Shown: one piece after another, positions 25,901 through 38,690 of the stretch | Position numbering within the stretch: position 1 is the stretch's first letter | Layout of the letters: each line of letters begins with the position of its first letter | Assembly (NCBI GenBank): GCA_030324005.1 | Contig: JARDVH010000128.1 | Span: 31,373,221 to 31,437,220, forward strand | Source: Negaprion brevirostris | Taxonomy: Eukaryota | Direction: 5' to 3' | DNA length: 64,000 nt | Notes under the pieces: generated by a model | Database searches by the model: none | Told to the model about the DNA's origin: nothing | The model's input: the letters and a program-made list of their open reading frames with translations, nothing else | Program-made: the position numbers and the translations under genes

Positions 25901-27339
25901 ATAGAGGGTGCCCCCAATAGGTAGCAAGCCCAACAAGAGATGGGGCAATTCTGGACTTGGGTTTTTACGGAATGTAGATGAGCCAGTTAGATTTAGAGTA
26001 GGTATAGAAAAGACAAAGTTAGACCAAAAGGGCCAATTTTACTCAGCTGCAATATAAATTGGCAAAAAGGGACAAGGGTACAGCAAGCTGAATGCAAATC
26101 AGTGGCAGTTTAGTGGGAGATTTTCAAGGAGGCTGCAGTTGGGGTTCAAAACAAAAAGTGTGGGCTCCCAAATCTAGACTTTGTAAATGTCAAAAAATAT
26201 TCAGGGTAGGATAATAGAAATCATAAATAGGGATGGTTANNNNNNNNNNNNNNNNNNNNNNNNNNNNNNNNNNNNNNNNNNNNNNNNNNNNNNNNNNNNN
26301 NNNNNNNNNNNNNNNNNNNNNNNNNNNNNNNNNNNNNNNTTATGATCAATGGAGAGCACTCAATGCTGTAGAAAGCCTAGGAACACAGTGTGCAGGTGAA
26401 GTTATAGACAACTAAGAAAGGAAAGAAAAAGCATGAAAAACAGTGGCAAGGAAAATCCAAAGAGGCTTTACAAATTGAAAGAATTAAAGGATAATTATGG
26501 GCAGAGTTGGACCTGTAAGAGATCAAAAGTAAAAGGAACCAGTGTGTGGAAGCAGCAGACATAGGCATGGTTCTTAATGAACACGTATCTTCACAAAATT
26601 AGGGAGCAATGCAGAGACTAGTTTGGCACATCAAACCTAGCAAGAGCAACTTTAAAAGCCGATTAATTACTATGTCCAGATTAAATCTATCTCAGGCTGG
26701 TAAGGGAAACAAGGGAGGAACTGCAGAGGCTCTCGCCATCATTTTCTCACCTCTTTCTACAGACAAAGTGCTAGGTAACTGCTAACAATAAACTGTTACT
26801 TACAAAGGGGGGAAAGGATAGGTCAAGTAGTTGCAGGCCAAATTAGACCAACTTTGGTGGTAGGAATATTAGCAGAAAAAATTCTGTGGGGCAGCATGAA
26901 TTTTCATTTAGAAAGGCATAGATCAAAGACAGTCAGCAAGGATTTGTTAAGGAGGGATCATGTCTGATGAATCTAACAAGTTTTTCTTGAGGAGATAACA
27001 AGGACAGTGGACGAGAGTTGTGCATTTGATGTAGATTATATGGATTTTGGCAAGGTTTTTTAACAAGGTCCACACAGAAAATAAACTCTCACAGGAACCA
27101 AGGGAAGATGGCAAGTTGGATCAAAGGAAGAATGAAAAAGGCGGCTTGGGACAAGGAAGAGGGTAGGACATATTAAATGACAAAGATGTCATGAAACAAA
27201 AAGCAATGCGAGTGGCAACAGTTGTAGTAAAGAATCAAAACATTGGTCCAGAGTGATTGTGGACAGTAGGATAACAAGCTCTGCCCAAAAACATGAAAAA
27301 CAAGATTCAGAGAGCATTTGGCAAAAATCAAAATGGGGG

Positions 27340-27985
27340 CCAAGGTTCATTGTCTGAAATCGTGTCCCAAAGATTGCAGAGTGCCTAACTGGAAGATGAG
27401 GTGCTGTTCTTCGAGCTTGGGCTAAGCTTCACGGGAACATTGCAAAGGGAGGACAGGAATGTGAGCATGAATGTTAGGTGGAGAGTTAAAATAGAAAGCA
27501 ACTGGAAACCTAGAGTCATGCTTGCAAATTGAGCAGAGTTGTTTTGCAAAGTAGTATTCCAATCTCCCCAATTTAGTCTCCCCAATGTAGAGAGCTACAT
27601 GTGAGCAGTGAATACAGTTTACTGAACTGAGTGTAAGTAAATCAGTGCGTCACCTGAAGGTGTGCTTGGGACCCTGGATAGTGAGGAGAGAGAACGTAAA
27701 GTGGTGGGTACTACACCTCATGGGATTGCATGGGAAGGTGACGATTTGTTCAAGGGAGAGGAAAGGGTGAGACCATCTCTGTTACTTAATCTCTCCTGTC
27801 CTCTACTTATCCCCGACTGACCCTTTTGTTCTTCCTCCCTCTTCCAGTTTTCAAACAGCATCAAGGGCCTGTACTGTATTGTAATGTACTGAAAACCCAT
27901 CACATTTTTACTTTCTGAAGTCATTTACTCAAAATGTTCACTGTGTTTCTCTCTCCAAAATGCTGCCAGACCTAAGTATTTCCCA
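27340..27985 (-). mobile_element. Penelope-like element remnant: GIY-YIG endonuclease plus inverted terminal repeat
   Basis: Minus strand encodes ...CIHCS...TAC ATT GGG GAG ACT AAA (YIGETK) near 27570-27620. A plus-strand terminal-repeat piece lies at about 27790-27985. Confidence 0.7.
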
Positions 27986-29644
27986 CACTTAAATATAAGG
28001 GATGATTAAATTTGCAAATAATATAAAAGTGTAGACTGCAGGAAGAGACGAATGGACTGGCCAGGTGGGTAGAAAAGTGCAAATGGAATTCAGCTTGTGA
28101 GGAATAAGGAGGCAAGGACACATACAANNNNNNNNNNNNNNNNNNNNNNNNNNNNNNNNNNNNNNNNNNNNNNNNNNNNNNNNNNNNNNNNNNNNNNNNN
28201 NNNNNNNNNNNNNNNNNNNNNNNNNNNNNNNNNNNNNNNNNNNNNNNNNNNNNNNNNNNNNNNNNNNNNNNNNNNNNNNNNNNNNNNNNNNNNNNNNNNN
28301 NNNNNNNNNNNNNNNNNNNNNNATATAGTCTGGTTATCACACTGGAGAGGGTACAGAGAAGATTTACAAAGATGTTGTCTGGAATGGAGAATTTTAACTA
28401 TGAGGAATCATTTAATAAACTCGTGTTTTTTTTCTGAGCAGAGGGAAATTGAGAGGAGATTTAGTAGAAGTATATAAAATTATAAGGGACCTAGAAAGAG
28501 TTGATAGGAAGGATCTATTTCTCTTGGCAGAGAGACGAGTAATCGGGGGCATAGTTTGAAACTAAGTAGCAGGTAGAACATAGGAGAATTAAATTTTTTC
28601 AGCCCAGGTGGTGGGGCCTGGAACCCATTGGATTAAAGGACAGCAGAGGCAGAAGCCCTTGCTCTATTTAAAACATATTTAGATAATGCGGTTGAAGTGT
28701 CATCACCAAAAGGACTACAGATCAAAAGCTGGAAAAGTAGGATAAGCTCTTTACTGGCCAGCACTGACACAACAGGTCAAATAGCCACCTTCAATGCCAT
28801 ACATTTTCCATGTTTCTAACCTTATTTACATGCTAATTATTTAAGGTATTTATACTGCTTTTGGTGCTGTTACAAGGATTTTTGCTCTGTAGTGAAGCAA
28901 CACATCATTGTACTGTAAAATTATTTAGTATATTGTTTAACACACACAGGAGTTAAAGGTTAAACAATGACTATAACAATTAAACACTGCCACACTGAGC
29001 AAAATACACGGCATCAGGATGAACATCAGGCACCCCTTGATGGCTAATTAGAACAACATAAGTAGGGCCCAATTATCAGGATGCCTACTTAATCTTCTTC
29101 CTAAAATTTATTTTATTATGGAGGTAGAATAAGAAATTAATATAAACTGCTTAAAAACAGACTGCCTTTTATATTATCTGAATGTTTGCCAACAGTATAG
29201 ACTGGCTGCAGCCCACAGTTGCTTTGCCAATGACTTGCAAAATAGAGCAATCAGCATAGCTGAAGCAAAACGCATTGCATCTGGAGAGAGTATTAGCATC
29301 ACAAGAGTCAAACAGCTGGCAGAGCTTTACTCTGATCAATAGCCAACTGTGAGAACTTAGTTCCTAACACCCCTCTGCTCCCTTTTTAAATGGCGCACAA
29401 TGGGCATGCTTGAAAAACTTCTATGAAGACAACACACTACACAATGACCTTGGCAATTAATTATACTGATTTGGACAATTGACTGCATAGTATTTGATAC
29501 TCCATCCCCTTTGTTAGAATACCAAGTGGTGTCATACAAGGTGCTCCATCCACCCTGTAAAAATAAAAACATTCAAATGTAGTTTCAATCAGATTGGGTT
29601 GAAGTCCTATGTTTCCCATCATACTTATATAAAAATGTTAGTTT

Positions 29645-29990
29645 GACTCAGAGGCCAATGTCTGAGTCACTGTGTACTCAAGTACCAATCCAGGACACAA
29701 ATTTAAATATAGGCTGATTCAAAAGTGCAGTAACAAAAAGGTGCTGCATTGGTAAGAGATGTTGAGCATCAGAAGAGATGTTAAATCAAGGCACCTAATC
29801 AGGTGATTGTCCAAGATCTTATGACACTGTTTGAAGAGGCGCTTGCTCTGGCATATCCCATGAACATGAAAAAGACCAATCATTAATTTCAATAATAATT
29901 GTTCATGGATATTTGCTGAGCACAGATGGGCTGCTGCATTTTCCTATATGAACAACAACCACAAAGTAATTCACTGACTGTGAAGTGAAA
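29645..29990 (+). mobile_element. Ancient SacSINE1/Deu-domain-type SINE
   Basis: gtgctgcattggt...gagatgttaaatcaagg...gctgctgcattttcctat...aagtaattcactgactgtgaagtg. Related copies at 8930-9040, 13590-13680, 50415-50660 and 61045-61385. Confidence 0.6.
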
Positions 29991-31696
29991 AGTGTTGTTT
30001 TTACTTGAAAGCATCAAACCCCCAACTCCAATTACCACTCTTTTGTGGGAAGGAGAATTCTGTAATCTTAAATATTGTTCAAAATTTGTGAATGCTGTCC
30101 TTACATTCAGCACTCTTGCTTATTATCTAAATTAAATATTGCTTATTGTATGCAACCTTTGATATGTTTCATTTAGATGATGTTACCAAATGTCTCCACA
30201 GTTTTTGCTCCAGCAAAATTAAAATTTTCATTCGGGCCATTTATGGCGTGGTTCCCAAGGCTTGGAACTATCCCAGTCATTCTTTACTAAACTTCTAACA
30301 GTTCTAATATTATTTGGATATCCTCATCACTGATGTGTATGAAGCAAATATATTGCTCTCCTATTCATTCCTCCCCTTTGGTCCTTAATTTTAAAATCTT
30401 TCTCCTGTCTCTAGTTTTATTATAGATCCCCAATAGGTACCTTGATTGGCTGTGATGTGGTTAGCAGCTGATTGAGCTTGCCTAATGTCTGTATGGCTCA
30501 GCTGACAAATCAAGTCATCAGGGAGCATTATTTGTGCATTTTAATTTCATGATGTGATATTTGTATGCAGGAAAATAATTAATCTGTATATTTGTATGCA
30601 GGAAAATACAGGGTAGACCATTTGAAATACAAAGGATAAAAACAAAATCAAGATTTTGAGAAGGGATGAATGATTACTGAGTGAGATTTCCTTATCATCT
30701 TACTTAATCAAACTCCATGTTCTTTACAGAGATCCCGATCACAAAATCAACGCATCTGTGCAAATTATAAATTCAAATAAGGTCACCAAAAGGATACAAG
30801 CTTTTTTGGCTACATAAAATATGCAGTTCGACATCACACAGCTTGACTCACAACTGTCAATGTTGGCCATTTTCAAAATTAAAAATCATCAGTTTAAAGT
30901 TACTGAAGAACAGGTGCCCAAAAGTAGTAAGTGGCTGGCTTTAAAATTATTTTCTAAAACTTGCCCTAAATTAATTTCTAGCATTTCGTCTTCAAGTATG
31001 ACTTCGCACTTTATTTGCTCAGTCAAATGTTTTCACACTCAAATTTTAGTGCTTACATCATAATGAGAATATAAAACAATGAGGAGGTCTTTCCGCAAGG
31101 CTACTTTTAAAAAAATAAACTTCCATTCACACACTAAAAGAGTAAAATATTCCAAGGTACTTCTCAAATTTGAATGGAGGTCAGGAAGAGTTGGGTTTTG
31201 AAAAGGGCTCTAAAAGTAGAAGAAATGAAAGAAGGTAGCAAGGTTTAAGAACAGTTTTGCTGAGCACAAGGGGGCTGTGATGATGCAGAGTTAGGGTTTG
31301 GGATATCCAGTTAACCAGGTTAAATGATTGAGGACACGAGGCAAGGCTGCAGGAAGTTTCAACAGCATGGAAGATGATGATTTTTAAATAAAGTGAAGTG
31401 ATCAAAAATATTGGAGGGGGGGGTGTTTAACGATGGCAAGATTGAATAGCACAAATAGTTGTTGCCTAGTGGTTCACTGCATCAATTCAATTCCCTCAAG
31501 GTCTGTGTAACATTTCCAAAGTGGGTTCTTTCAACCAGATCAACATTTGCTTTCAAATAGTTCTAAAATCCCTTCTTCAGTTATATATTTTTAAACCAGT
31601 ACGAACTGTGGAATAAAATTCCTTTCTCTATTCCCTTCTACAATTATTGCCACACTGTGCAACCTATGGTCTAGTTGAACCTGCTTGAACACTCAC

Positions 31697-31884
31697 CTTA
31701 GCTTTATCCATCACATTGCTTGCTTGCCCCGTTTCAGCAGCAGCCTCACTTGTAGTTTCTCGCTGCTGCTTGGGAACAGTAAAAAGACTCGAGTCTCCCA
31801 CGTCAAGGTGAGATAATATTGTATGGGAGCAGGTACACAATGAATGAGTTAGCTTTCGGCCAGAAATAAGGAACGTCTGCAATC
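31697..31884 (-). CDS. ADCY9: ADCY9 coding exon (188 nt, end of C1a / start of C1b)
   Basis: tttccttcacag|(G)LQTFLISGRKLTHSLCTCSHTILS...SNVMDKAK|gtgagt versus recalled human GLKTYLISGQRAKESRCSC. Phase 1/0, joins in frame to exon 19059. Confidence 0.88.
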
Positions 31885-32704
31885 CTGTGAAGGAAACAGA
31901 CAGGATTATCAAATCAAAATGTTATTCCTCAATAAATAGGCAACTAGAGTTCAAACATGCTGCAAAAACAAACTGGAATGTGACCCAAAACAAACGACGC
32001 ACCATAGAAAAAGGTTCTTTTTTGGTGGGGCAAGCAATGAATTTCTCAAAGCAAAGTCAGCTACATCACTGAGATCTTCAAATTGCTGCCAAAGAAAATA
32101 GGTTGCATAATGCAACATGGCTGACCGAGTAGTCTGTTCAGTCCAGGATTTGGATTTGATAATGGTTTTAGCAGCACACAAACATTGTTTATACCAATGA
32201 GCAGTTAAAATTCACAAGGTGAAGGAAGCTTTCATTGCCACTGAGCTGAAATAAAAATAGCAATTGTACTAATATGAAACACCACAGACCTTTCTTTCCC
32301 TTTTAAATGCACCTAATTCAACTCATGGTTTATTTCCTGCTGGCTCTTTTTCTCCCTTTAACATCTAGGAAAGGTGGTGTAAGAATCTGTTTCCCAGACC
32401 CATGTCAACATCACTCAAACCCACTACTGAAGGGATAATGAGAGTGATCCAGAGGTCTCTGGGATGTTCCATATTCTCTACCAGCAGCCGAGATTCAGAA
32501 ATCAACAGGCAGAGTAACGAGGAGCTGAACTAACTTTGGAGTACAATCTAGTATATAAAACAAATACTTTAGGAAACAATCACATAACTGAAATTATTTC
32601 AACTACCTTGTCTGCTGAACACATTCATTCTCTGGCTGAACAACCTGGTTTTTGAGGCATTTCATCATGTTCAGCATTGTCCCACTGCCACACCCAAACA
32701 AGTA

Positions 32705-32795
32705 AGTAGTCTCACAACATCAGGTTAAAGTCCAATAGGTTTATCTGGAACCACGAGCTGAGCTTTCAGAGTGCTGCACCTTCATCAGGTGAGTA
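32705..32795 (-). mobile_element. Penelope-like terminal fragment with hammerhead-like core
   Basis: Minus CTGATGA aggtgcagcactct GAAA gct; same family as 22042 and 51478. Confidence 0.75.
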
Positions 32796-32804
32796 CCAAA
32801 AATC

Positions 32805-33085
32805 CAGGGGACTCAGGCTATTTGTGATGACGACGCGGTGGGCTCGAGGAGTTGTTCTTGGAATGCTGCCGGGATAGTTTCCTTGAACAGTGTGTGTTGG
32901 AGCCGACGNNNNNNNNNNNNNNNNNNNNNNNNNNNNNNNNNNNNNNNNNNNNNNNNNNNNNNNNNNNNNNNNNNNNNNNNNNNNNNNNNNNNNNNNNNNN
33001 NNNNNNNNTCAGCCATGATCTTATTGAATGGCGGGGCAGGCTCGAGGGGCTAGATGGCCTACTCCTGCTCCTATTTCTTATGTTG
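32805..33085 (+). mobile_element. CR1 LINE (endonuclease region, gap, 3' tail)
   Basis: EELFLECCRDSFLEQCVLEPT before the gap; cagccatgatcttattgaatggcgggg...ttcttatgtt tail after it. Confidence 0.75.
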
Positions 33086-33599
33086 CTTATGAGCAAATGC
33101 AAGCAACCTAAAAGTAGGGCCTTGTACACCCCACTGGTTACCGGGCTCTGGCTATTTCACCAAACAGAAAATCCTTGGTTATGTGACTGTCTTCCATCCT
33201 GCAGATAAGCCCATTTCACCAAAGCCACCTGTGTTTAATTAGTGTCAATATACTTGGTAGCTTTATTTTTGAGAGGACTGCCACAGATGTAATTTTGTCC
33301 TGCCAGGATATACACAAATGCACCAAAGATGCAAATTAATTTCCTGTTAGTTGTAAAATCACTGTTTTACAGCCATACAAGATGCTGAGAACGCTGTTTA
33401 TAGAACCATCATCTTGATCCAAGAATCAACTCGAGGTTATTCAATGCAACTTTGTGAGTTAGCCAGCAACTGCTTTCCCTACGTCTATATCAAACTCTGC
33501 ATCAAGGGATAGATTGTCCGTCACCACGGACTTGAGGTATCAGAATTTGCTAACCATTCCCAATGGAGTGTTATTTAGTGTGATCAACAACACCTTGCA

Positions 33600-33935
33600 T
33601 GCTTCCTGCACATCTTTAGACTGTGGGAGGAAACCCATGCAGAGAAAGGGAGAATGCGCAAACTCCATTCTGTCACCCAAGGTCAGAATTGAACCCGGAT
33701 CCCTGGCGCTGTGAGGCAGCAGTTCTATCTATGGTACCAGCATGGGATAAACAAAATACATATGTTTTGTTTTATCCCAGATTTTTATTTCCCTTACTAT
33801 TTGTCTCCTATAAGCCATTTATCTTAGTGTCAGGATGATTAGCAGGGGTTACAGGGATAGGGTATGGGTGGGATTGTCGTCGGTGCAGGCTTGATGGGCT
33901 GAATAGCCTCCTTCTGTACTGTAGGGATTCTTTAC
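33600..33935. mobile_element. tRNA-SINE pieces in opposite orientations
   Basis: Head on minus at 33600-33740; 3' half on plus at 33820-33935. Confidence 0.7.
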
Positions 33936-34029
33936 TTTCTTGACATTTTGACAGGGATAACATTACGGGTCATGGACTCATTCAAGTCCACAAGTTTTTG
34001 TGGCTGAGTTGCTACAAGGATAAGTAGCT

Positions 34030-34440
34030 CAGCATTGTAAGCGTGGAGCAGTTCTCTGATCAGACACTGTGTTTATCTTTGCTTTCAGTCCTGAAATATT
34101 AGAGAACTTGCTATCTGATTTAATGTCTAAGTACACTCCATTCATATTTGCAGGAAAGGCAAAGATCAGGAGCATGGAGAAGATGACACCAAGTAAGAGT
34201 GAGGCTAGCTCAGAGCCTTGTTTTGCTCCATTCATTACTTCAAAACTGTCTGAGATGGAGCTAAACTTAATGCACGTTGTCATGTAAAGAGCGAATGAGA
34301 CTAGGCAGCTTTGATAGCCAATTTTTGCCATTATCTTGCAGAGCCCTGCTCTGCTGATAGTGTTGAATGCTCGTGTGATAGCCAAAAGCAAGGTAAAAGG
34401 GCATGATCTGCTTGCTACACTTCTCTTATAGCTAACATAT
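34030..34440 (-). mobile_element. RTE-clade LINE reverse transcriptase remnant
   Basis: ITRAFNTISRAGLCKIMAKIG...FEVMNGAKQGSELASLLLGVIFSMLL...GVYLDIKSDSKFSNISGLKAK, typical of RTE/BovB-like RT. Confidence 0.8.
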
Positions 34441-35344
34441 GGAGAATTATCATGTCCACAGTAGATCCAGCATTGTGTTGAAACTGCATTATGCTTATGG
34501 GTATGTTCAGTTTGCACGTAGTTGGAGTATTTTAAGAAAGATCCTAACAAAAGCTTTCCCTGCGACACTAAGGAGTGACATACCTCCTCAGAAGTTGGGA
34601 ATCTCTTCTGTTGCCTTTGATTTTGAATAGTGTTTTTGATTTTGGATTCACAGAACCCATGAATCACAGATTCTATCTTTCAACAGTTCCTCTCAAATTT
34701 TAGTTTTTTGGGCAATATGCAAGTGGGAATACAAGGAAGTTTTTTTAAAATGCTGCGAGTGGTAATGACCTGGAACACATTCCCACAAGGCTGGTGGAAG
34801 TGGAGATGATCGATGATTTCAAAACGAAAATGGAATGGTACTTCAGAGAAATAAACTTGGGGCTTCTATCTGTTAGTACGTTAAATACAAGTATTTAAAT
34901 ATATGCTCATGCTAACATGTATGACAGCACAGGAAGATCGGAATATCACGTAATTCAACTGAATTACAGTCGTTAGCACATGCAAGCTAAGGTAACAAGT
35001 CTCTGCTAAACCTCTGTTTAACCTCTAGGTCTGCCTTTCAGCTTCATCTGTATTCATCTGGAAAGGAATAATGTAACATGGTGGCAGTAGTAGTCAGCAA
35101 AAAGCCTTGATCAGCAGCTGAAAATTACAATTCAAGTCAGGACTCTTAGCTGAAGCACTGCAGTTGGATCACAGTTCTCACACCAGTACGAGTAGAAATT
35201 GCCAGCAATTTTGACACGCTGCTGAGAGATTTCCCCTACCCCCAGAGTCACCAAGACAAAAAAAAAATGAATTGCAGTTTCAGCTGCAGACATCAGTGCA
35301 GCTTTGTGTCTTCATATTGTTATTTCCTGCCATCATTGCAACTG

Positions 35345-35643
35345 AAAGAAATCTCACAACACCAGCTTAAAGTCCAACAGGTTTATTTATAGCAAAAGGC
35401 ACAAGCTTTTGGAACAGGCTGTCCCTTCGTCAGGTGAGTGGAAGTTCTGATCACAACAGGGCACAGACACAAACTCAATTTATATGAATAATGATTAGAA
35501 TGCGAGTCTTTACAACTAATCAAGTCTTAAAGGTACAATGTGAGTGGAGAGAGCATTAAGAACAGGTTAAAAGGATGTGTATTGTTTCCAGACAGGAAAG
35601 TTAGTGAGATTTTGCAAGTCCAGGCAAGTTGTGGGGGTTACAG
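35345..35643 (-). mobile_element. Penelope-like element 3' region running into a gap
   Basis: ctcacaacaccagcttaaagtccaacaggtttattt...cttcgtcaggtgagtgg, shared with 22042, 32705 and 51478. Confidence 0.75.
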
Positions 35644-36435
35644 NNNNNNNNNNNNNNNNNNNNNNNNNNNNNNNNNNNNNNNNNNNNNNNNNNNNNNNNN
35701 NNNNNNNNNNNNNNNNNNNNNNNNNNNNNNNNNNNNNNNNNNNNNNNNNNNNNNNNNNNNNNNNNNNNNNNNNNNNNNNNNNNNNNNNNNNNNNNNNNNN
35801 NNNNNNNNNNNNNNNNNNNNGGGCCTTCCTTGGGTTGAGACACGAAACTGCATACCATGCTCCAGGTATAGTCTCACCAAGGCTCTATTCAACTGCATCG
35901 AGACTTCTTTAAAAATCCAAAACCCCATCCAGAGGTTCTCTCTTATCTATTCCTACTAGCAAAATCTTCAAAACACCAATAGGTTTGTCAAACAAGATTT
36001 CCCTTTCATAAATCTATCTTGACTCTGCCAAATCTCAACATTATTGTCTCAGTGCCCAGTTATCATGTATTTTGAAACTGATTCTAGCTATTTCCTACTA
36101 CTGATGTCAGGCCAACAGACCTGTATGGTCCCTGTTTTCTCTCTCACTCATTTCTTAAATGGTGGGGTCACATATGCTACCTTCCAATCTGCAGAAACAT
36201 TCTAGAATTCATTGAACTTTGAAAGATGGTCAACAAGACATGTACTATCTCTATAACCACTTCTTTCAACACTCTAGGATGTAGATCATAATGTTGAGGA
36301 GTTTTATCAACTTCCAGTCCCATTAATTTTTCAAGCACTTATTTTTTAAAAAAATCTAATACCTTTAGTCCTCATTGACTAGTCTGTAGGCTCTCCAATA
36401 TTTCAGGGAAGTTTTGTATATTTTTCTACGAAGAC

Positions 36436-37201
36436 TGTTATGGGTCAGGTTAGAAACTCCAAAGTACTTCATGGAGACCATCCAAACCATAAGTTTTGCA
36501 TCTTGAATTTAGCTAGGGTAAGCAGGATTTGTTTCACATCAGGAATGATTCAACAATCCACTCGAGAGCTTTTATTAAACAAAGTTTATTTAAGAATATA
36601 GTTAACATGTATGGAAAGAAAATTAGCAATACCTTTTAACAATTACAAACAAAAAAAAGAAAACAACCACAATAATGTATTAACCCTTAATTGAACATTA
36701 AGGCTGTTCAACAAACCAAAACCTTTCATGGAGAAAACCTTTTTAACAGGCTTAACACAGCATACATTAAAACCTCACTTGATAAAAGAGTCTTTTTGAA
36801 GGCTGCACTTGCCTTCCAGAAGGCAAAAACTTGCCCTAAGATAACCAGCAGAATTTCTAAACAGCATAGGGAGACAGGGACTTCAGCTTCTTTCTTCCTT
36901 GATGCCCCTGCTAAAACTAGCAACTAAACTCTAATTTTAGAGCTCTCAAAATTGAAGCCTTAAACTCACAGGAAAAAAACAAAAACTGTCCAAAAACAAT
37001 GGATTTTTCTCTTTACAATGCAAGATTGTAAACTAATCCAGAGTAAACAGAAACAATCCTACTTAAGCAGCAATAAAAGGACAATTCCAGTCAAGTTGGC
37101 AACAATGACATCACTGATGCTGTGAACTAAGAAACTACTGAATTTGAGAGCTGAAGTCATGATTTTTAAAAAAAATCACTTAAAGGTACTCTAACATCAC
37201 A
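36436..37201 (-). mobile_element. Solo LTR inserted in CR1
   Basis: On minus it starts TGtgatgttagagtacctttaag and ends ctaacctgacccataaCA. Flanks are agac/agat, and the CR1 sequence resumes on both sides. Confidence 0.7.
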
Positions 37202-37280
37202 AGATAAAGTGTTTATTTAGTTTCTCTGCCATTTCCTTAGTACCATTTATAAATTCTCCATGCTCTATCTGTAACGAGTC

Positions 37281-37712
37281 TATGGACTTCAACACGGATA
37301 AATGTGTAGTGGTCCATTTTGACAGGACCAATGGGATGCAGGCGTACAATATCAAGGGTAGGAGTCTTAGCTGTGTTGAAGAGCAGAAGGATCTTGGGGT
37401 CCGGGTACATAGGACTCTTAAATCGGCCTTGCAGGTGGAGGATGTGGTCAAGAAGGCGTATGGTGTACTGGCCTTCATTAATCGNNNNNNNNNNNNNNNN
37501 NNNNNNNNNNNNNNNNNNNNNNNNNNNNNNNNNNNNNNNNNNNNNNNNNNNNNNNNNNNNNNNNNNNNNNNNNNNNNNNNNNNNCTGGATGAGTATATGG
37601 GATCTAATGGGATTGGGAGTTACAGATAGTTCTATGGCTTGGTAGGTATAGATGTGATTGGTGCAACTTGTGGGCCGAAGGGCCTGTTTGTGCTGTAGTG
37701 TTCTATGTTCAC
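37281..37712 (+). mobile_element. Young 5'-truncated CR1 (centre is a gap)
   Basis: MDFNTDKCVVVHF...EEQKDLGVRVHRTLK...VKKAYGVLAFI; tail gtgttctatgttc. Confidence 0.9.
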
Positions 37713-37924
37713 TCACCTTTTTCTTTTTACATACCTATAGAAGCTTTTACAATCTGTTTTTAGTTCTTCACTAGTTTTCTTCAATATTCTATTCTCTCAT
37801 CAATTTCTTGGCTCTCCTTTGCTGAATTTTAAAAAGCTTCCAAACCTCAGGCTTAAAATGTTTTTTGGCAAGTTTTACCTCCCTCTTCCTTTGATCTAAT
37901 AGAATCCGCGCCATGGTTGGACAC

Positions 37925-38690
37925 CTCAAAGAAAGTTACATCACAGGAACTGGCCCTTCACGCCTGCACCGACCACGTTGCCCGACTTAACCAAAACCCT
38001 CTATCCTTCCATGAACCATCTCCCTCTATTCCCACCCTATTCATGTACTTATCACAACACCCCCTTAAAAATCACTATCATATTTGTTTCCACTACCTCT
38101 CCTGGCAATGGGTTCCAGGCACCCACTACTGTGTAAAAAAATCTGCCTTCTTCAAACCTTGCCCCTCGCATCTTAAACCTATGCCCCCTAGGAATTGACT
38201 CTTCCACCCTGGGAAAAAGCTTCTGACTATCCACCCTGTTCATGCCTCTCAATCTTGTAGACTTCTATCAGGTCGCCCGTCAACCTCCATCACTCCAGTG
38301 AGAATAAACCAAGTTTCTCCAACCTCTCCTCATAGCTAATGCCCTCCATACCTGGCAACATCCTGGTAACTCTTTTCTGTATCCTCTCCAAAGCCTCCAC
38401 ATCCTTCTGGTCCTGTGGTGACCAGAATTGAACACTATATTCCAAGTGTGGCCTAACTAAGGTTCTATAAAGCTGCAACATGATGTGCCAATTTTTGAAC
38501 TCAACACCCCAGCTAACGACGTCAAGCATGCCATATGCCTTCTTGACTACCTTCTCCACCTGCATTGCCACTTTGTGACCTGTGTATCCGTACACCCAGA
38601 TTCCTCTGCCTATCAATACTCTAAAGGGTTCTGCCATTTACTGTATATTTCCAATCTGTATTAGACCTTCCAAAATGCATTGTCTCACAT
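37925..38690 (-). mobile_element. 5'-truncated CR1 ORF2 C-terminus
   Basis: QLYRTLVRPHLEYSVQFWSP...LERIQKRVTRMLPGMEGISYEERLEKLGLFSLE; RGHRFKMRG. Confidence 0.92.

Larger units (their letters stand above)
24555..28815 (+). mobile_element. Degraded near-full-length CR1 (ORF1, EN and RT remnants) with nested Rex1 and Penelope insertions
   Basis: ORF1-like sequence 24560-24880; EN motifs gggatttcaactaccc and gcaattctggacttgg; RT DVDYMDFGKVF; 3' tail near 28800. Confidence 0.65.
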
